This document shows positions 7,679 through 16,944 of a DNA stretch of 64,000 nucleotides, one piece after another (within the stretch, counting starts at the first letter, position 1; the number at the start of each line of letters is the position of its first letter). The translations under genes and the position numbers were made by a program. A model generated the notes under the pieces. It made no database searches. It saw nothing but the letters and a program-made list of their open reading frames with translations, and had not been told where the DNA came from. The stretch is from contig CAVWEW010000011.1 of assembly GCA_963754255.1 (NCBI GenBank), forward strand, positions 34,638 to 98,637, in the 5' to 3' direction. The stretch comes from an uncultured Actinomycetota bacterium (GTDB taxonomy: Bacteria > Actinomycetota > Acidimicrobiia > Acidimicrobiales > Bog-793).

Positions 7679-9166
7679 GTGCAGGACGCCGAGCATCTGC
7701 CGTCACCGTGCCTGATCGTTCTCGTCGGCCCTGGAGCCGCGGGCAAATCGGCCTGGGCGGCCGCCCACTTCTCTCCCGACAGCATCGTGTCAAGCGACCG
7801 GCTGCGAGCGGTCGTAGGCGCCGGTGAGGACGACCAGAGCGCCAGTGAGGATGCCTTTGACCTGCTCGAACAGATCGTCGCCCGACGCCTCCGCCGGCGG
7901 TTGACGACGGTGATCGACACGCTCGGCCTCGACGCCGGGCGACGCCGGGGATGGCTGGAGGCATCGAGGCGCGGCGGGATGTGGTGCGTGGCAGTCGTGT
8001 TCGACACGCCGGCGAGGGAGTGCGAACGTCGGAACCGGGACCGCCGGCGGCAGATCCCGGTCGGCGTGCTGGCCGAACAGCTACGCGCCTATGCGAAGAC
8101 GCGGGAGGGGCTCGGTGAGGAGGGCTTCGACGCGGTGCTGGCCGCCGGCCCGGTCCGGGTCGTTCCAGCAGCCTTCGTACCGGCGCCGGCATGGCGGCGG
8201 CGACAGATCGAGCAGCCGGCCGGGCTGCGTTTCGGTCTCCATATCGGGGCGTTCAACTTTGCCGGCGGGCGCCCGGCGACCGCCCAGGCCCTCCGGACCT
8301 TGGCGGCAGCGGCCGAGTCCGCCGGCTTCGACGCCGTCTACGTCATGGACCACTTCCGGCAGATCCCGCAGATCGACCGGCCCTTCGCCGACTTTCTGGA
8401 GAGCTACACCACCCTCGCCTACCTGGCTGCCTGCACCGAGCGCGTCCGCCTCGGCGCCCTCGTCACCGGGGTCACATACCGGAACCCGGCCCACCTGGCG
8501 AAGATCGTTGCCTCGCTCGACGTGTTGAGCGGCGGGCGGGCAGTGTGCGGGATCGGCCTGGCCTGGTTCCGGGAGGAGCACCTCGCCTACGGCTGGGCAT
8601 TCCCTCCCGTAGCGGAACGATACGAGCTCCTCGAGGACACTTTGCAGCTGCTCCCTCTGCTGTGGGGCCCCGGCAGCCCTTCATTCGAAGGCCGGCGGAT
8701 CTCGGTGCCGGAGGCGATGTGCTACCCGCGGCCGTTGCAGGAGCACGTGCCGATCGTCCTCGGCGGCGGCGGGGAGCGCCGGACGCTCCGACTCGCCGCC
8801 CGGTACGCCGACGCGGCCAACGTCTTCGGGGACGCGGCCACGGTGCGGCACAAGGCTCTCGTGCTGCGGACGCACTGCGAGGCCGAGGGACGCGACCCGA
8901 GCCTCGTGGCGCTCTCGCATCTGTCGACCGTGCTCGTTGGTTCAAACGACAGTCACGTCTCGGAGCTGCTCGAGCGGCACCGCCCTTCGCGACGCGACGC
9001 CGCCCGTTTTGCGGTCGAGGTGAACGCCGGCACCGTCGCCGATCACATCGGGCGCTTCCGCGAGCTCGCCGAAGCCGGCGCCGGCGAGGTCGTCGTGAGA
9101 ATGCCCGACCCACTCGAGCAGAGCTCTATGGATGCCATGGGCCGGGTGATCTCGGCCTTCCGGTAG
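7679..9166 (+). CDS. Fusion protein: N-terminal P-loop kinase (AAA_33 / polynucleotide-kinase-like) + C-terminal LLM-class (luciferase-like, likely F420-dependent) oxidoreductase
   Basis: N-terminal ~165 aa: LIVLVGPGAAGKSAWAAAHF..SSDRLRAVVG..DQSASEDAF...TVIDTLGL..R..W...A....WCVAVVFDTP..ECERRNRDR. The remainder is LRFGLHIGAFN...FDAVYVMDHF...TTLAYLAACTERVRLGALVTGVTYRNPAHLAKIVASLDVLSGGRAVCGIGLAWFREEH, which is typical of LLM TIM-barrel proteins. Confidence 0.8.
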   Translation: MQDAEHLPSPCLIVLVGPGAAGKSAWAAAHFSPDSIVSSDRLRAVVGAGEDDQSASEDAFDLLEQIVARRLRRRLTTVIDTLGLDAGRRRGWLEASRRGGMWCVAVVFDTPARECERRNRDRRRQIPVGVLAEQLRAYAKTREGLGEEGFDAVLAAGPVRVVPAAFVPAPAWRRRQIEQPAGLRFGLHIGAFNFAGGRPATAQALRTLAAAAESAGFDAVYVMDHFRQIPQIDRPFADFLESYTTLAYLAACTERVRLGALVTGVTYRNPAHLAKIVASLDVLSGGRAVCGIGLAWFREEHLAYGWAFPPVAERYELLEDTLQLLPLLWGPGSPSFEGRRISVPEAMCYPRPLQEHVPIVLGGGGERRTLRLAARYADAANVFGDAATVRHKALVLRTHCEAEGRDPSLVALSHLSTVLVGSNDSHVSELLERHRPSRRDAARFAVEVNAGTVADHIGRFRELAEAGAGEVVVRMPDPLEQSSMDAMGRVISAFR

Positions 9167-9271
9167 CGGTATACGCGGTCGTTGGCCACCGCGGCCGGCG
9201 GTTTGACGGGCAGCACCGTCGTCCGGCGCCGAGGGACGGCGCGCTGTTCAGCTGCGTGGCGCCGGCGCCGG

Positions 9272-9859
9272 TCAGCGCTCCGATTTGTCGAGCCACTTGT
9301 CGACGCTCACCGGCGTCCAGGCGCTGAGCCGGTCGATCAGAGAGTCGGGATCCGAGTCCATCACCACCATGTCCCTGTGCTCAGGAAGAAGAAACTGCTC
9401 TCGGGTGGCCAGCTCGAACTGCGTCCGCAGGGGGTCGAAGTAACCGCCCACGTTGAGAATGCCGCACGGCTTGTCGTGGATCCCGAGCTGTGTCCACGTG
9501 ACGACCTCGAAGAACTCGTCGAGGGTGCCGAAGCCGCCCGGCAGCATGATGAAGGCCTCCGATTTGTCGGCCATGGCCGCCTTGCGCTCGTGCATGGTGC
9601 CCACGATCTGCAGGCTCGTCAGGCCCTGGTGGGCGATCTCTTTCTCCTCGAGAGCCCGCGTGATCACACCGTGGACCTCGCCGCCCGCGGCGATGGCAGC
9701 ATCTGCCAGGAGACCCATCAGGCCCACCCGGCCGCCCCCGTAGACGAGCCTTATCCCTCGGAGGGCGAGCAGCCGCCCCGTCAGGGCAGCCGTCTCCCCG
9801 AACAAAGGGTCGATGCCGGGTCTCGAGGCGCAATAGACACAGATCGAAGAGAGCTTCAC
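9272..9859 (-). CDS. LOG-family protein (TIGR00730-type cytokinin riboside 5'-monophosphate phosphoribohydrolase-like)
   Basis: 195 aa with GGGRVGLMG and the PGGFGTLDEFFE (PGGxGTxxE) motif. GTG start. Confidence 0.85.
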   Translation of the reverse strand: MKLSSICVYCASRPGIDPLFGETAALTGRLLALRGIRLVYGGGRVGLMGLLADAAIAAGGEVHGVITRALEEKEIAHQGLTSLQIVGTMHERKAAMADKSEAFIMLPGGFGTLDEFFEVVTWTQLGIHDKPCGILNVGGYFDPLRTQFELATREQFLLPEHRDMVVMDSDPDSLIDRLSAWTPVSVDKWLDKSER

Positions 9860-10019
9860 CGCACGATCATCTCCGCCGGCCGGACTGTCGGCTCACGATG
9901 ACGTTAGCCACATCGAGCGGACAGCTCGGAACCGGTCGCCGCCGACGGGCTCGGACACCGGTCGCGGCGGGGACATCGGGAACCGAACCTCCGCCGGCGG
10001 GGGTAGGTGAGGACTCACC

Positions 10020-13000
10020 CTATGCAGAGACACCCAGCCCGCTCGTCGCCGAGCCGGCAAGGTCGGCACCGCCATCGGAGTTCCCGAGCAAGGCGGCCGC
10101 CCGCTCCAGCAGCGGCTTGGACGGCAGGCGGCCGGCGATGGCCCACGCCTCGGTCGCCAGTTGCCCGGCGCGTTGTTCCTCACCGATCGCCCGACGCCAG
10201 GCTGCATGGTCGAGCAGCGCCCGGGCGACGAAGAAGGGCGCCCCGACCTCGAGCAGGCCCACCACCGCCTGCTCGAAGAGCGGCCCGGGGTCGCTTCCCG
10301 GGATTCCGCTCAACATGCGCGCCTGCGCCCGCAGCCGGTCGGCTCGGAGGAGGCGGGGGACGAGACCGGCGGGAAAGTGGTCGAGCCAGTCGAGGAGCCT
10401 CGATGCCTCGGCCCTGTCGCCGAGATCGAGGGCGGTGTCAACTGCGAGGGACCAGCTCCATCTCACCGGCTCGCTGTTCACCCCGAGCGACTCGACGACT
10501 TCTAGGGCCTGGCAGGCGAACTCGAGGGCGGCTGCCTGATCCCCTCGGCAAGCGGCGGCAACGGCGCGCCCGACGGCCAGCGCACCGAGATCCTGCAGGT
10601 CGTCAGAGTCGGCCAGAGCCTCCAGAGCGACCACAGCAGGCTCGTGCACGGTCCCGTCGCGCCACGCCCGCAGGATCAGGTCGTAGAACGAGTTCGAAGC
10701 GATTGAAGCGAACAGCTCGGCGTCGGGTCCGGAGGACACTTCCTCCACCTCGTCCCACCTGCCGAGCATCATGAGCGCCCCGCAGTAGTTGCCGAGGGCG
10801 ACCGCGAGCACGGCGCTCGAGCCGGCCCGGCGCAGGTCGGCGAGACCGTCGCGTGCGGCCTCGAGGGCCGCCGCCGGGTCGACGCCGGTCATCCCGTCGG
10901 CGAGGTTGAGCAGTGCCCGGCCGGCGGCGAGGTGGTCCTCCCGGCCGCGGGCGAGCCGGGCGGCCTCGCGCAGGCTGGCGGCGGCTTGCCGGACCAGGCC
11001 GCGGACGTGCTCGCCTATGCCGCGGGTCGTGAGCAGATCGGCGAGCACGTCGTCGGGCAGGTCGAGGCTCTGGGCGAGGTAGAGCGCCTCCTCCGCCAGA
11101 GCATCGGCCTCGTCGTCGCCGAGCATGGCGGCCATGATGGCCAGCTGGTGCACCGCGTCGACGGTGTCAGGACCCGGATCTTGCCTCATCACCGTGAGAG
11201 CCTCGAGGACGATCGTCCGGGCCTCGTCGTTGCGCCCGACCCGCCGAAGCGCCCCGGCACCCCCGACAGAGGCGCGGGCGGCGTCGCGTTCCCGCTCCAG
11301 GCGGCGAAAGAGCTCGCCGGCGCAGGAGAAGTGCTCGGCTAGCCACGATGGTATTCGCCCGCCTTGACGGCGGCGCTGCCGGCGCGCTCCCAGAGCCGGG
11401 CGGCGGCGAGATCGTGCTCGCTGCTACCGGACTCCTCTCTCAGAGCCGCCGCTGTCACCATCATCCGCCCAGCCGTGCTCGGCGCCCCCGTTCGATCGGC
11501 GCGCTCGGCGGCCCGGGTGAACGCGGCGATCGCCCGTTCCCGCAACTCGCTCACATCGGGATCGTCCGGGACGGCCGCCATGGCATCGAGCAGGTGGTTG
11601 GCGATCACCTCGCTCACCTCCTCGCCACCGTCGGGGAATGCGAGCGCCAGATGGTCGGACACCGCCAAGTGGCGTGACTTCCGTTCCCGGCGGGACAGGG
11701 TGTCGTAAGCCACCTGGCGGAACATCGTCTGCACGAAGCCGTACTGGCCGCGCTCCGGTGACAGGGCGTCAGCCCGCAGCGAGATCACCTCTCGCCGGGC
11801 GAGCCCGGCGAGCAGGCGCTCGACCTGGTCGCGGGAAAGGCCGCTCACCGCCACGAGGGCCTCGAGCGGGAACGTGCTGCCGATGACGGCGGCGTCGGAG
11901 ACGAGCCGGCGCTCTTCGACCGGCAGGGCATCGAGTCGCGCCGCCAGCAGCGATTGCAGCGTGTCGGGTACGGAGAGCTCGCCGATCTCACCGACCAAGT
12001 GGTAGGACTCGCCGAGCCGCTGGACCACGCCCCGGTCGACCAGCATCCGCACTGTCTCGATGGCGTAGAGAGGAATGCCCTGGGCCTGCTCCGCAATGGC
12101 CGACTTGGCCGCCGAGGGCATCTGAGGAACCAGGCCCTCGAGCACGGCGTCCATGGCCGGATCGCCCAGCGGCTCCAGAGCGAGCGTGGTGCCGTTCCGC
12201 CGGCCGGAGCCCCAGCCGCCCCGGCGCTCGTCGAATTCCGGCCTGGCGAGGGTGAGGACGAAGATGGGCACACCCCGAGCCCGATCAAGCAGGTGATCGA
12301 GAAACTCGAGAAACCCCTCATCGGCGTGCTGCAAGTCCTCCACCAGCAGTACGACCGGCGCTGAGGTGGCGAGCTGCTCGAAGAAGACCCGCCACCCGGC
12401 AAACAGCTCCTCCCGCCCGAGGTCGGCCGCCGGGCGTGCCCACGCCGATCAGGCGGGCGAGCCGGGGAAGCACGTACTCCCTCAGAGTCGCGTCGGGGAC
12501 AAGCTCGACGAGCCCGGCGGCGAGGCGCTCCCCGGCGGCGGAAGGCGGGTCTTCCTCGGCGATGCCAAGGCGTTGGCGGACCATCTCGGCCAGGGCGCCG
12601 AAGGCCACCACGTCGCCGTAGGTGAGGCAGCGCCCCCGGTGCCACCACAGTGTGGCTGCGAGGCCGTCGGCGTACTTCTCGAACTCCCAGCCGAGCCGGG
12701 ACTTCCCCACTCCGGCCGGTCCGCTCACCGCCAGGAGGCGGGGCGACCGTCGATCGACGCAGGCATGGAAGGACTCCTTCAGCATCCGCAGCTCGGCGTC
12801 CCGACCGGAAAGGGGGGCTTCCAGCCCGCCGCGGTGCTGGGCGCCCCCGATGGTCGAGATCACCCGCTCCGCCCGCCACAGCGGCACGGGCTGAGCCTTG
12901 CCCTTCAGCTCGTGCAGCCCGGCATCTGAGAAGGTGATGCCGCTGCGGGCGACGCGCCAGGTGGCGTCGTCGACGAGGACCCGGCCCGGAGGGGCAACGC

Positions 13001-13736
13001 TTTGGATGCGGGAGGCCGTGTTGACCGAGTCGCCGAGCACCATCCCCTCGGCGACCCTGCCCACCGTGACTGCTACCTCACCGGTGACGATGCCGGCGCG
13101 GGCCGCCAGCTCCGGCACGCCCGCCTCCCGACCGAGATCCTCGACCGCCCGTACCACGTCGAGAGCGGCCCTCACCGCCCGCTCCGCGTCTCCCTCGGCG
13201 GCCACCGGTGCTCCCCAGACCGCCATGACCGCGTCGCCGATGAATTTCTCGACGACACCTCCGAAGCGGTTGATCACAGTCTGGGCGGCGTCGAAGTACC
13301 GGGAGAGGAGCTCCCGGATCTCCTCCGGGTCACGTTGCTCGGCGAGCGGCGTGAATCCGACGAGATCAACGAACAGGACCGTGCAGACGCGGCGCTCCGC
13401 CAGCGGGGGCGGGCTGTCGGTTGCCCAAGCGGCCAGGTCGCCGTTGCCTGCGGGGGCGCCGGAGCCGACAGCGGATCGGGCGTCGGGACCGGCCACGCGG
13501 GCTCCGCACCTTCGGCAGAAGGGCCTTCCCTCCGACACCGGCGCACCACAGGACGGGCACGCCTTTCCGACAGGCGTGCCGCAGTTCTCACAGAAGCGGC
13601 TGTCTACGGGCAGCTCCCACCCACACGACGAGCAGCGCACCGATCCCTCCATGTCCCGTCGGGGAGCATAAGCCCGGATTCCGGCTGGCGTGGCCCGCCT
13701 CGGCCCGAGCAACATGGAGCACAGCTGCGAGCCCAT
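10020..13736 (-). pseudogene. Double zinc-ribbon / class III adenylate-guanylate cyclase / AAA (STAND-like) ATPase / TPR-like signalling protein, interrupted by two frameshifts
   Basis: ORF 12318..13736 contains CSSCGWELPVDSRFCENCG..CPSCGAPV..FCRRCG, then cyclase motifs (VLFVDLVGFTPLAE...KFIGDAVMAVWGAP...GDSVNTASR), then a P-loop (VSGPAGVGKSRL). ORF 11339..12343 continues as LLVEDLQHADEGFLEFL.... ORF 10020..11192 is a helical-repeat tail. The frame switches at about 12421-12432 and about 11335-11350. In both cases the downstream frame stays open and homologous across the junction. Confidence 0.8.
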
Positions 13737-13816
13737 AAACTTGGGTCCGATCTATTGCTGCCGGTGCTCCAAAAGATGGGCTGAGCCGTCCGACTGGTGA
13801 AGTCGAGGTCGACGCC

Positions 13817-14671
13817 GTGTCATGGAGCGTGCAGGACCACAGGAGCAGCCGGGAGCTGCCCGTCCGCCCAACCCGCCCCGCCGCCTTGCGCGCCGTGGCG
13901 GAGTCGCCTCAAGACGCCGATCTGCCCACCTTCGTCCTGAGCGGAGGGGGCAACCTCGGCGCTGTGCAGGTGGGAATGATCTATGCCCTCATCGAGAGGG
14001 GAATCCGACCGGGAATGATCGTCGGGACCTCGGTCGGGGCCATCAACGGCGCTTTCCTGGCCAGTCGCGCCAACCTGGGCGGGATTGACGAGATCGCCCG
14101 GTTCTGGGCCTCCCTCCGGCGCCGGGACGTCTTCGGGCTCGGCATCTTCCCCCTTGCCCTGGGGCTGGTCCGGCAACGTCGCTACCTGTTCGACTCGGGG
14201 CCGATGCGGCGAGTCCTCGAGTCCTTCCTCGGCTTTGATCGCCTGGAGGAGGCACCGATCCCCTTCGCCGTTGTGGCGACCGCGCTCGGCACGGGCGAGC
14301 CGGTGCTCCTCGAGTCGGGCGACGCGGTGACTGCCCTGCTCGCCAGCGCGGCGATCCCACGTGTCCTGCCACCTGTCGAGATCGACGGCAGGCTGCTCGT
14401 GGACGGGGCGGCAGCGGCCGACGTGCCGCTCTGCCAAGCGGTCTCGCTCGGGGCGCGCAACCTCTACGTGCTGCCGACCGCTCGGCCACAGGTGGCAAGG
14501 TTGCTCGAGCAGGCACCGGAGCACCGGGCAGCGGAGGCCCCGACTGTTCACGTCCTGAACCCACCGGACGTCTATGTGCCGCGGGGCGACCTCAGCCAGT
14601 CGAGGCGGCTGATCGACCTCGGCTATGTATTGGCGAGCTCGTGGATCGAGGCCGACCTCCGGCGGAACTGA
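13817..14671 (+). CDS. Patatin-like phospholipase family protein
   Basis: GGGNLGAVQVG (oxyanion GGGxxG), GTSVGA (GxSxG) and VDGAAA (DG[AG]) motifs occur in the canonical order. GTG start. It is divergent from the cyclase gene. Confidence 0.8.
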   Translation: MSWSVQDHRSSRELPVRPTRPAALRAVAESPQDADLPTFVLSGGGNLGAVQVGMIYALIERGIRPGMIVGTSVGAINGAFLASRANLGGIDEIARFWASLRRRDVFGLGIFPLALGLVRQRRYLFDSGPMRRVLESFLGFDRLEEAPIPFAVVATALGTGEPVLLESGDAVTALLASAAIPRVLPPVEIDGRLLVDGAAAADVPLCQAVSLGARNLYVLPTARPQVARLLEQAPEHRAAEAPTVHVLNPPDVYVPRGDLSQSRRLIDLGYVLASSWIEADLRRN

Positions 14672-14681
14672 TCTCGGCTCC

Positions 14682-15038
14682 TCAGGGTGACTTTGCTGTG
14701 GTCGCCGAAGGACGGCGGCGTTCCGCCTGCACGCCTCGAGCGCTGCCAGGAGAATGATCCTGGCGGCTGTTGCCCAAGAGGCTGAGCACGTCGCCGATGG
14801 CGCCTTGCCGGGCGTTCGGCTCCGGCAGCGGCAGGTGGTCGAGAATCTCGTACCGGTTGCGGCGACCCTGCCTGGACTTGACGACGTAGCCGGCGGTCGT
14901 CAGGTCGACGACGATGCCGTAAGCCCGCCGCTCGGTGATCCCGAGCTCGGCGGCGATGTCGCGCAGGCGTGCCTCCGGGTCTCGGGCGAGGCAGAGCAGC
15001 GCCCGGCCGTGGTTGGTGAGGAAGCTCCAGTTCGCCAC
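14682..15038 (-). CDS. Winged-helix (MarR/ArsR-like) transcriptional regulator
   Basis: 118 aa: WSFLTNHGRALLCLARDPEARLRDIAAELGITERRAYGIVVDLTTAGYVVKSRQGRRNRYEI. It is divergent from the surface-protein/sortase pair. Confidence 0.7.
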   Translation of the reverse strand: MANWSFLTNHGRALLCLARDPEARLRDIAAELGITERRAYGIVVDLTTAGYVVKSRQGRRNRYEILDHLPLPEPNARQGAIGDVLSLLGNSRQDHSPGSARGVQAERRRPSATTAKSP

Positions 15039-15070
15039 GGGAGACAGACTACTCGCTCTAGGCAGGCTTT

Positions 15071-15115
15071 CTGGAACTAAATAACTGGTAATTGGTAACT
15101 AGCTACATATATCGG
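15071..15115. promoter_or_regulatory. AT-rich divergent promoter region with direct heptamer repeat TGGTAAT-TGGTAAC
   Basis: The sequence ctggaactaaataactggtaattggtaactagctacatatat is strikingly AT-rich for this window. It lies between the regulator (14682..15038, minus strand) and the surface-protein gene (15178, plus strand). Any function is inferred only. Confidence 0.3.
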
Positions 15116-15177
15116 GTGTAGCGTGGAGCATCCGGCCGTGATCAAGAGCCGAGGGTCGTTTTTTTGAAGGAGCGGTC

Positions 15178-16224
15178 ATGCGGGTTAGGCGTGGAAGTCT
15201 GTCCGGGCGGTTCGCCCGGCTTCACATCCGAGGCGTGCTGGCTGTGACGCTCTCGTTGTTGACCGGAGCCTCCATGTTGCTAATGGGTGGGCTCATCCAG
15301 ATGCCACAGGCCTCGGCCGCGCCCGGTGCGCCGCCTATCAACCAGTGCAACCCGCCGGCCTTTCCCACCGGGGCCGGGGAACAGGTGAGCTGCACTGTCA
15401 GCGTCCAGAACAACATCAGCTCCTCGGGCGCCCGCAGCTCGGTGACCACGATCACGGCGTGCCTGGCGGCCGCCGGCGTGCTGCCGCCGGCAGGCTGTGT
15501 CACCACCATCGAAAGATCGATGACGGGACTCGTGAGCTCGGTCAACCAGTGCAACGGCGTCGTCAACGGTGGCGGCAGCAACGTGATCTGTAGCGTCTCG
15601 GTCGAGAACACCGTTCCGACGGGCACCACCACCTCGGGCGTCACCGTCAACGAGTGCATCGGGTCGGGCCAGGGTGGGGGCGGTACCGGCACCGTCGTGT
15701 GCAATCCGACCTCGAGCACGTCTGGTGCCACGGTCACCCAATGCAACGGCTCAGGTAACAACGGGGGCTCACCGGGACGGGTCAATTGCACAGTTGCAGG
15801 CGGAGTAATGGCTTTCCCGGTGACCATCAACCAGTGCAACGGTTCCTCCAACGGCGGCGGGAGCACCGTGATCTGCAGGACCACGGTCACCAACAGCTTC
15901 ATCACCGCCCCGACGACGACGACGACCACCACCACGACGCCAGTGTCGAAGAAGCCGAAGGGTCACCATTCCGGTAGCACCCCTGGGAGTGGCAACACCC
16001 CTGGGAGCGGCAACACTCCCGGCAGTGGCAACACGGGCAGCGGCACCCACACGAACAGCCCGGCGGTCGTGCCGAAGGGCGCACCGCAGACCGGCCTCGG
16101 CGGGGCCTCCCATTCTGACAATGGTCCTCTCGTTGCCTTCGGTGCTCTGGCCCTGCTCGGCGCCGGCTTGGCGATGGTCCAGGCCACTCGCCGCCGGGTG
16201 AGGCCCCTGGACACGAGGGAGTGA
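15178..16224 (+). CDS. Secreted, sortase-anchored surface protein with six CX12-16C Gly-rich loops, a Thr9 linker and (GSGNTP)3 repeats
   Basis: It has a signal peptide (..LIQMPQASA|AP). The repeat motif is [IV]NQCNG..GGGS.V.C.V.V.N (INQCNPPAFPTGAGEQVSC, VNQCNGVVNGGGSNVIC, VNECIGSGQGGGGTGTVVC, TQCNGSGNNGGSPGRVNC, INQCNGSSNGGGSTVIC). The C-terminal sorting signal is GAPQTG, followed by a hydrophobic helix (PLVAFGALALLGAGLAMV) and RRRVR. A GTGA overlap links it to the sortase gene. Confidence 0.75.
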   Translation: MRVRRGSLSGRFARLHIRGVLAVTLSLLTGASMLLMGGLIQMPQASAAPGAPPINQCNPPAFPTGAGEQVSCTVSVQNNISSSGARSSVTTITACLAAAGVLPPAGCVTTIERSMTGLVSSVNQCNGVVNGGGSNVICSVSVENTVPTGTTTSGVTVNECIGSGQGGGGTGTVVCNPTSSTSGATVTQCNGSGNNGGSPGRVNCTVAGGVMAFPVTINQCNGSSNGGGSTVICRTTVTNSFITAPTTTTTTTTTPVSKKPKGHHSGSTPGSGNTPGSGNTPGSGNTGSGTHTNSPAVVPKGAPQTGLGGASHSDNGPLVAFGALALLGAGLAMVQATRRRVRPLDTRE

Positions 16225-16931
16225 GCGGGCGCCAACCCCGCTGGACTCTTACCATCAGGTCGAGACGCTGGTTCGCTCTCGCGGCGGCCCTCGTTCTCCT
16301 CGGGTCGGGGGCTCTCGCGGTGGGGTTGCGCCAGCACCAGCACCCATTGGCCGGACCGGCGACGTCGTCCAGCTCGACAGCGACCGGTCCATCCGAACCG
16401 CCAGCGACCGGGACTACCAACACTGGGATCGCCCGCTCCCGGCCGGTCAGGCTGCGGATACCTGCCATCGGCGTATCGGTCTCCGTCTCGGAACTCGGGC
16501 TCAATCCGGACGGCACCGTCGAGGTGCCGACCGACATCCAAAAGCCCGGGTGGTTCGACCTGGGGCCCACTCCGGGGCAGGAGGGGTCGGCGGTCATCCT
16601 CGGGCACGTCGACTCGTACCAGGGCCCGGCGGTCTTCTTCCGGCTGCGGGCAATGAAGGCGGGTGATCGTGTCGATGTGCGGTTGGCAGACGGCGTGACG
16701 ACGCGGTTCGTCGTCCGATCCGTGGTCATGTACTCGAAAGCGCATTTCCCGGGTCGCCTGGTGTACGCATCGCACGGGTACAGCGGACTGCAGCTCGTGA
16801 CTTGTGGGGGCACCTTCGACAGCCAGACGGGCCATTACCTGTCCAACGTGGTCGTTTTCACCTCGCTCGTCACGTCCAGCCGCACCGCTGCCACGGCAGC
16901 CGACAGCAATGCGGCCATGTCGGCATCCTGA
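16221..16931 (+). CDS. Class F sortase
   Basis: N-terminal TM helix, then PVRLRIPAIGVSVSV..LG...DGTVEVP...PGWF..GPTPGQEGSAVILGHVD...GDRV...LQLVTCGG. This is the typical class F layout with its catalytic His and Cys motifs. Confidence 0.85.
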   Translation: MSGRQPRWTLTIRSRRWFALAAALVLLGSGALAVGLRQHQHPLAGPATSSSSTATGPSEPPATGTTNTGIARSRPVRLRIPAIGVSVSVSELGLNPDGTVEVPTDIQKPGWFDLGPTPGQEGSAVILGHVDSYQGPAVFFRLRAMKAGDRVDVRLADGVTTRFVVRSVVMYSKAHFPGRLVYASHGYSGLQLVTCGGTFDSQTGHYLSNVVVFTSLVTSSRTAATAADSNAAMSAS

Positions 16932-16944
16932 GCAGGATCTCCGG

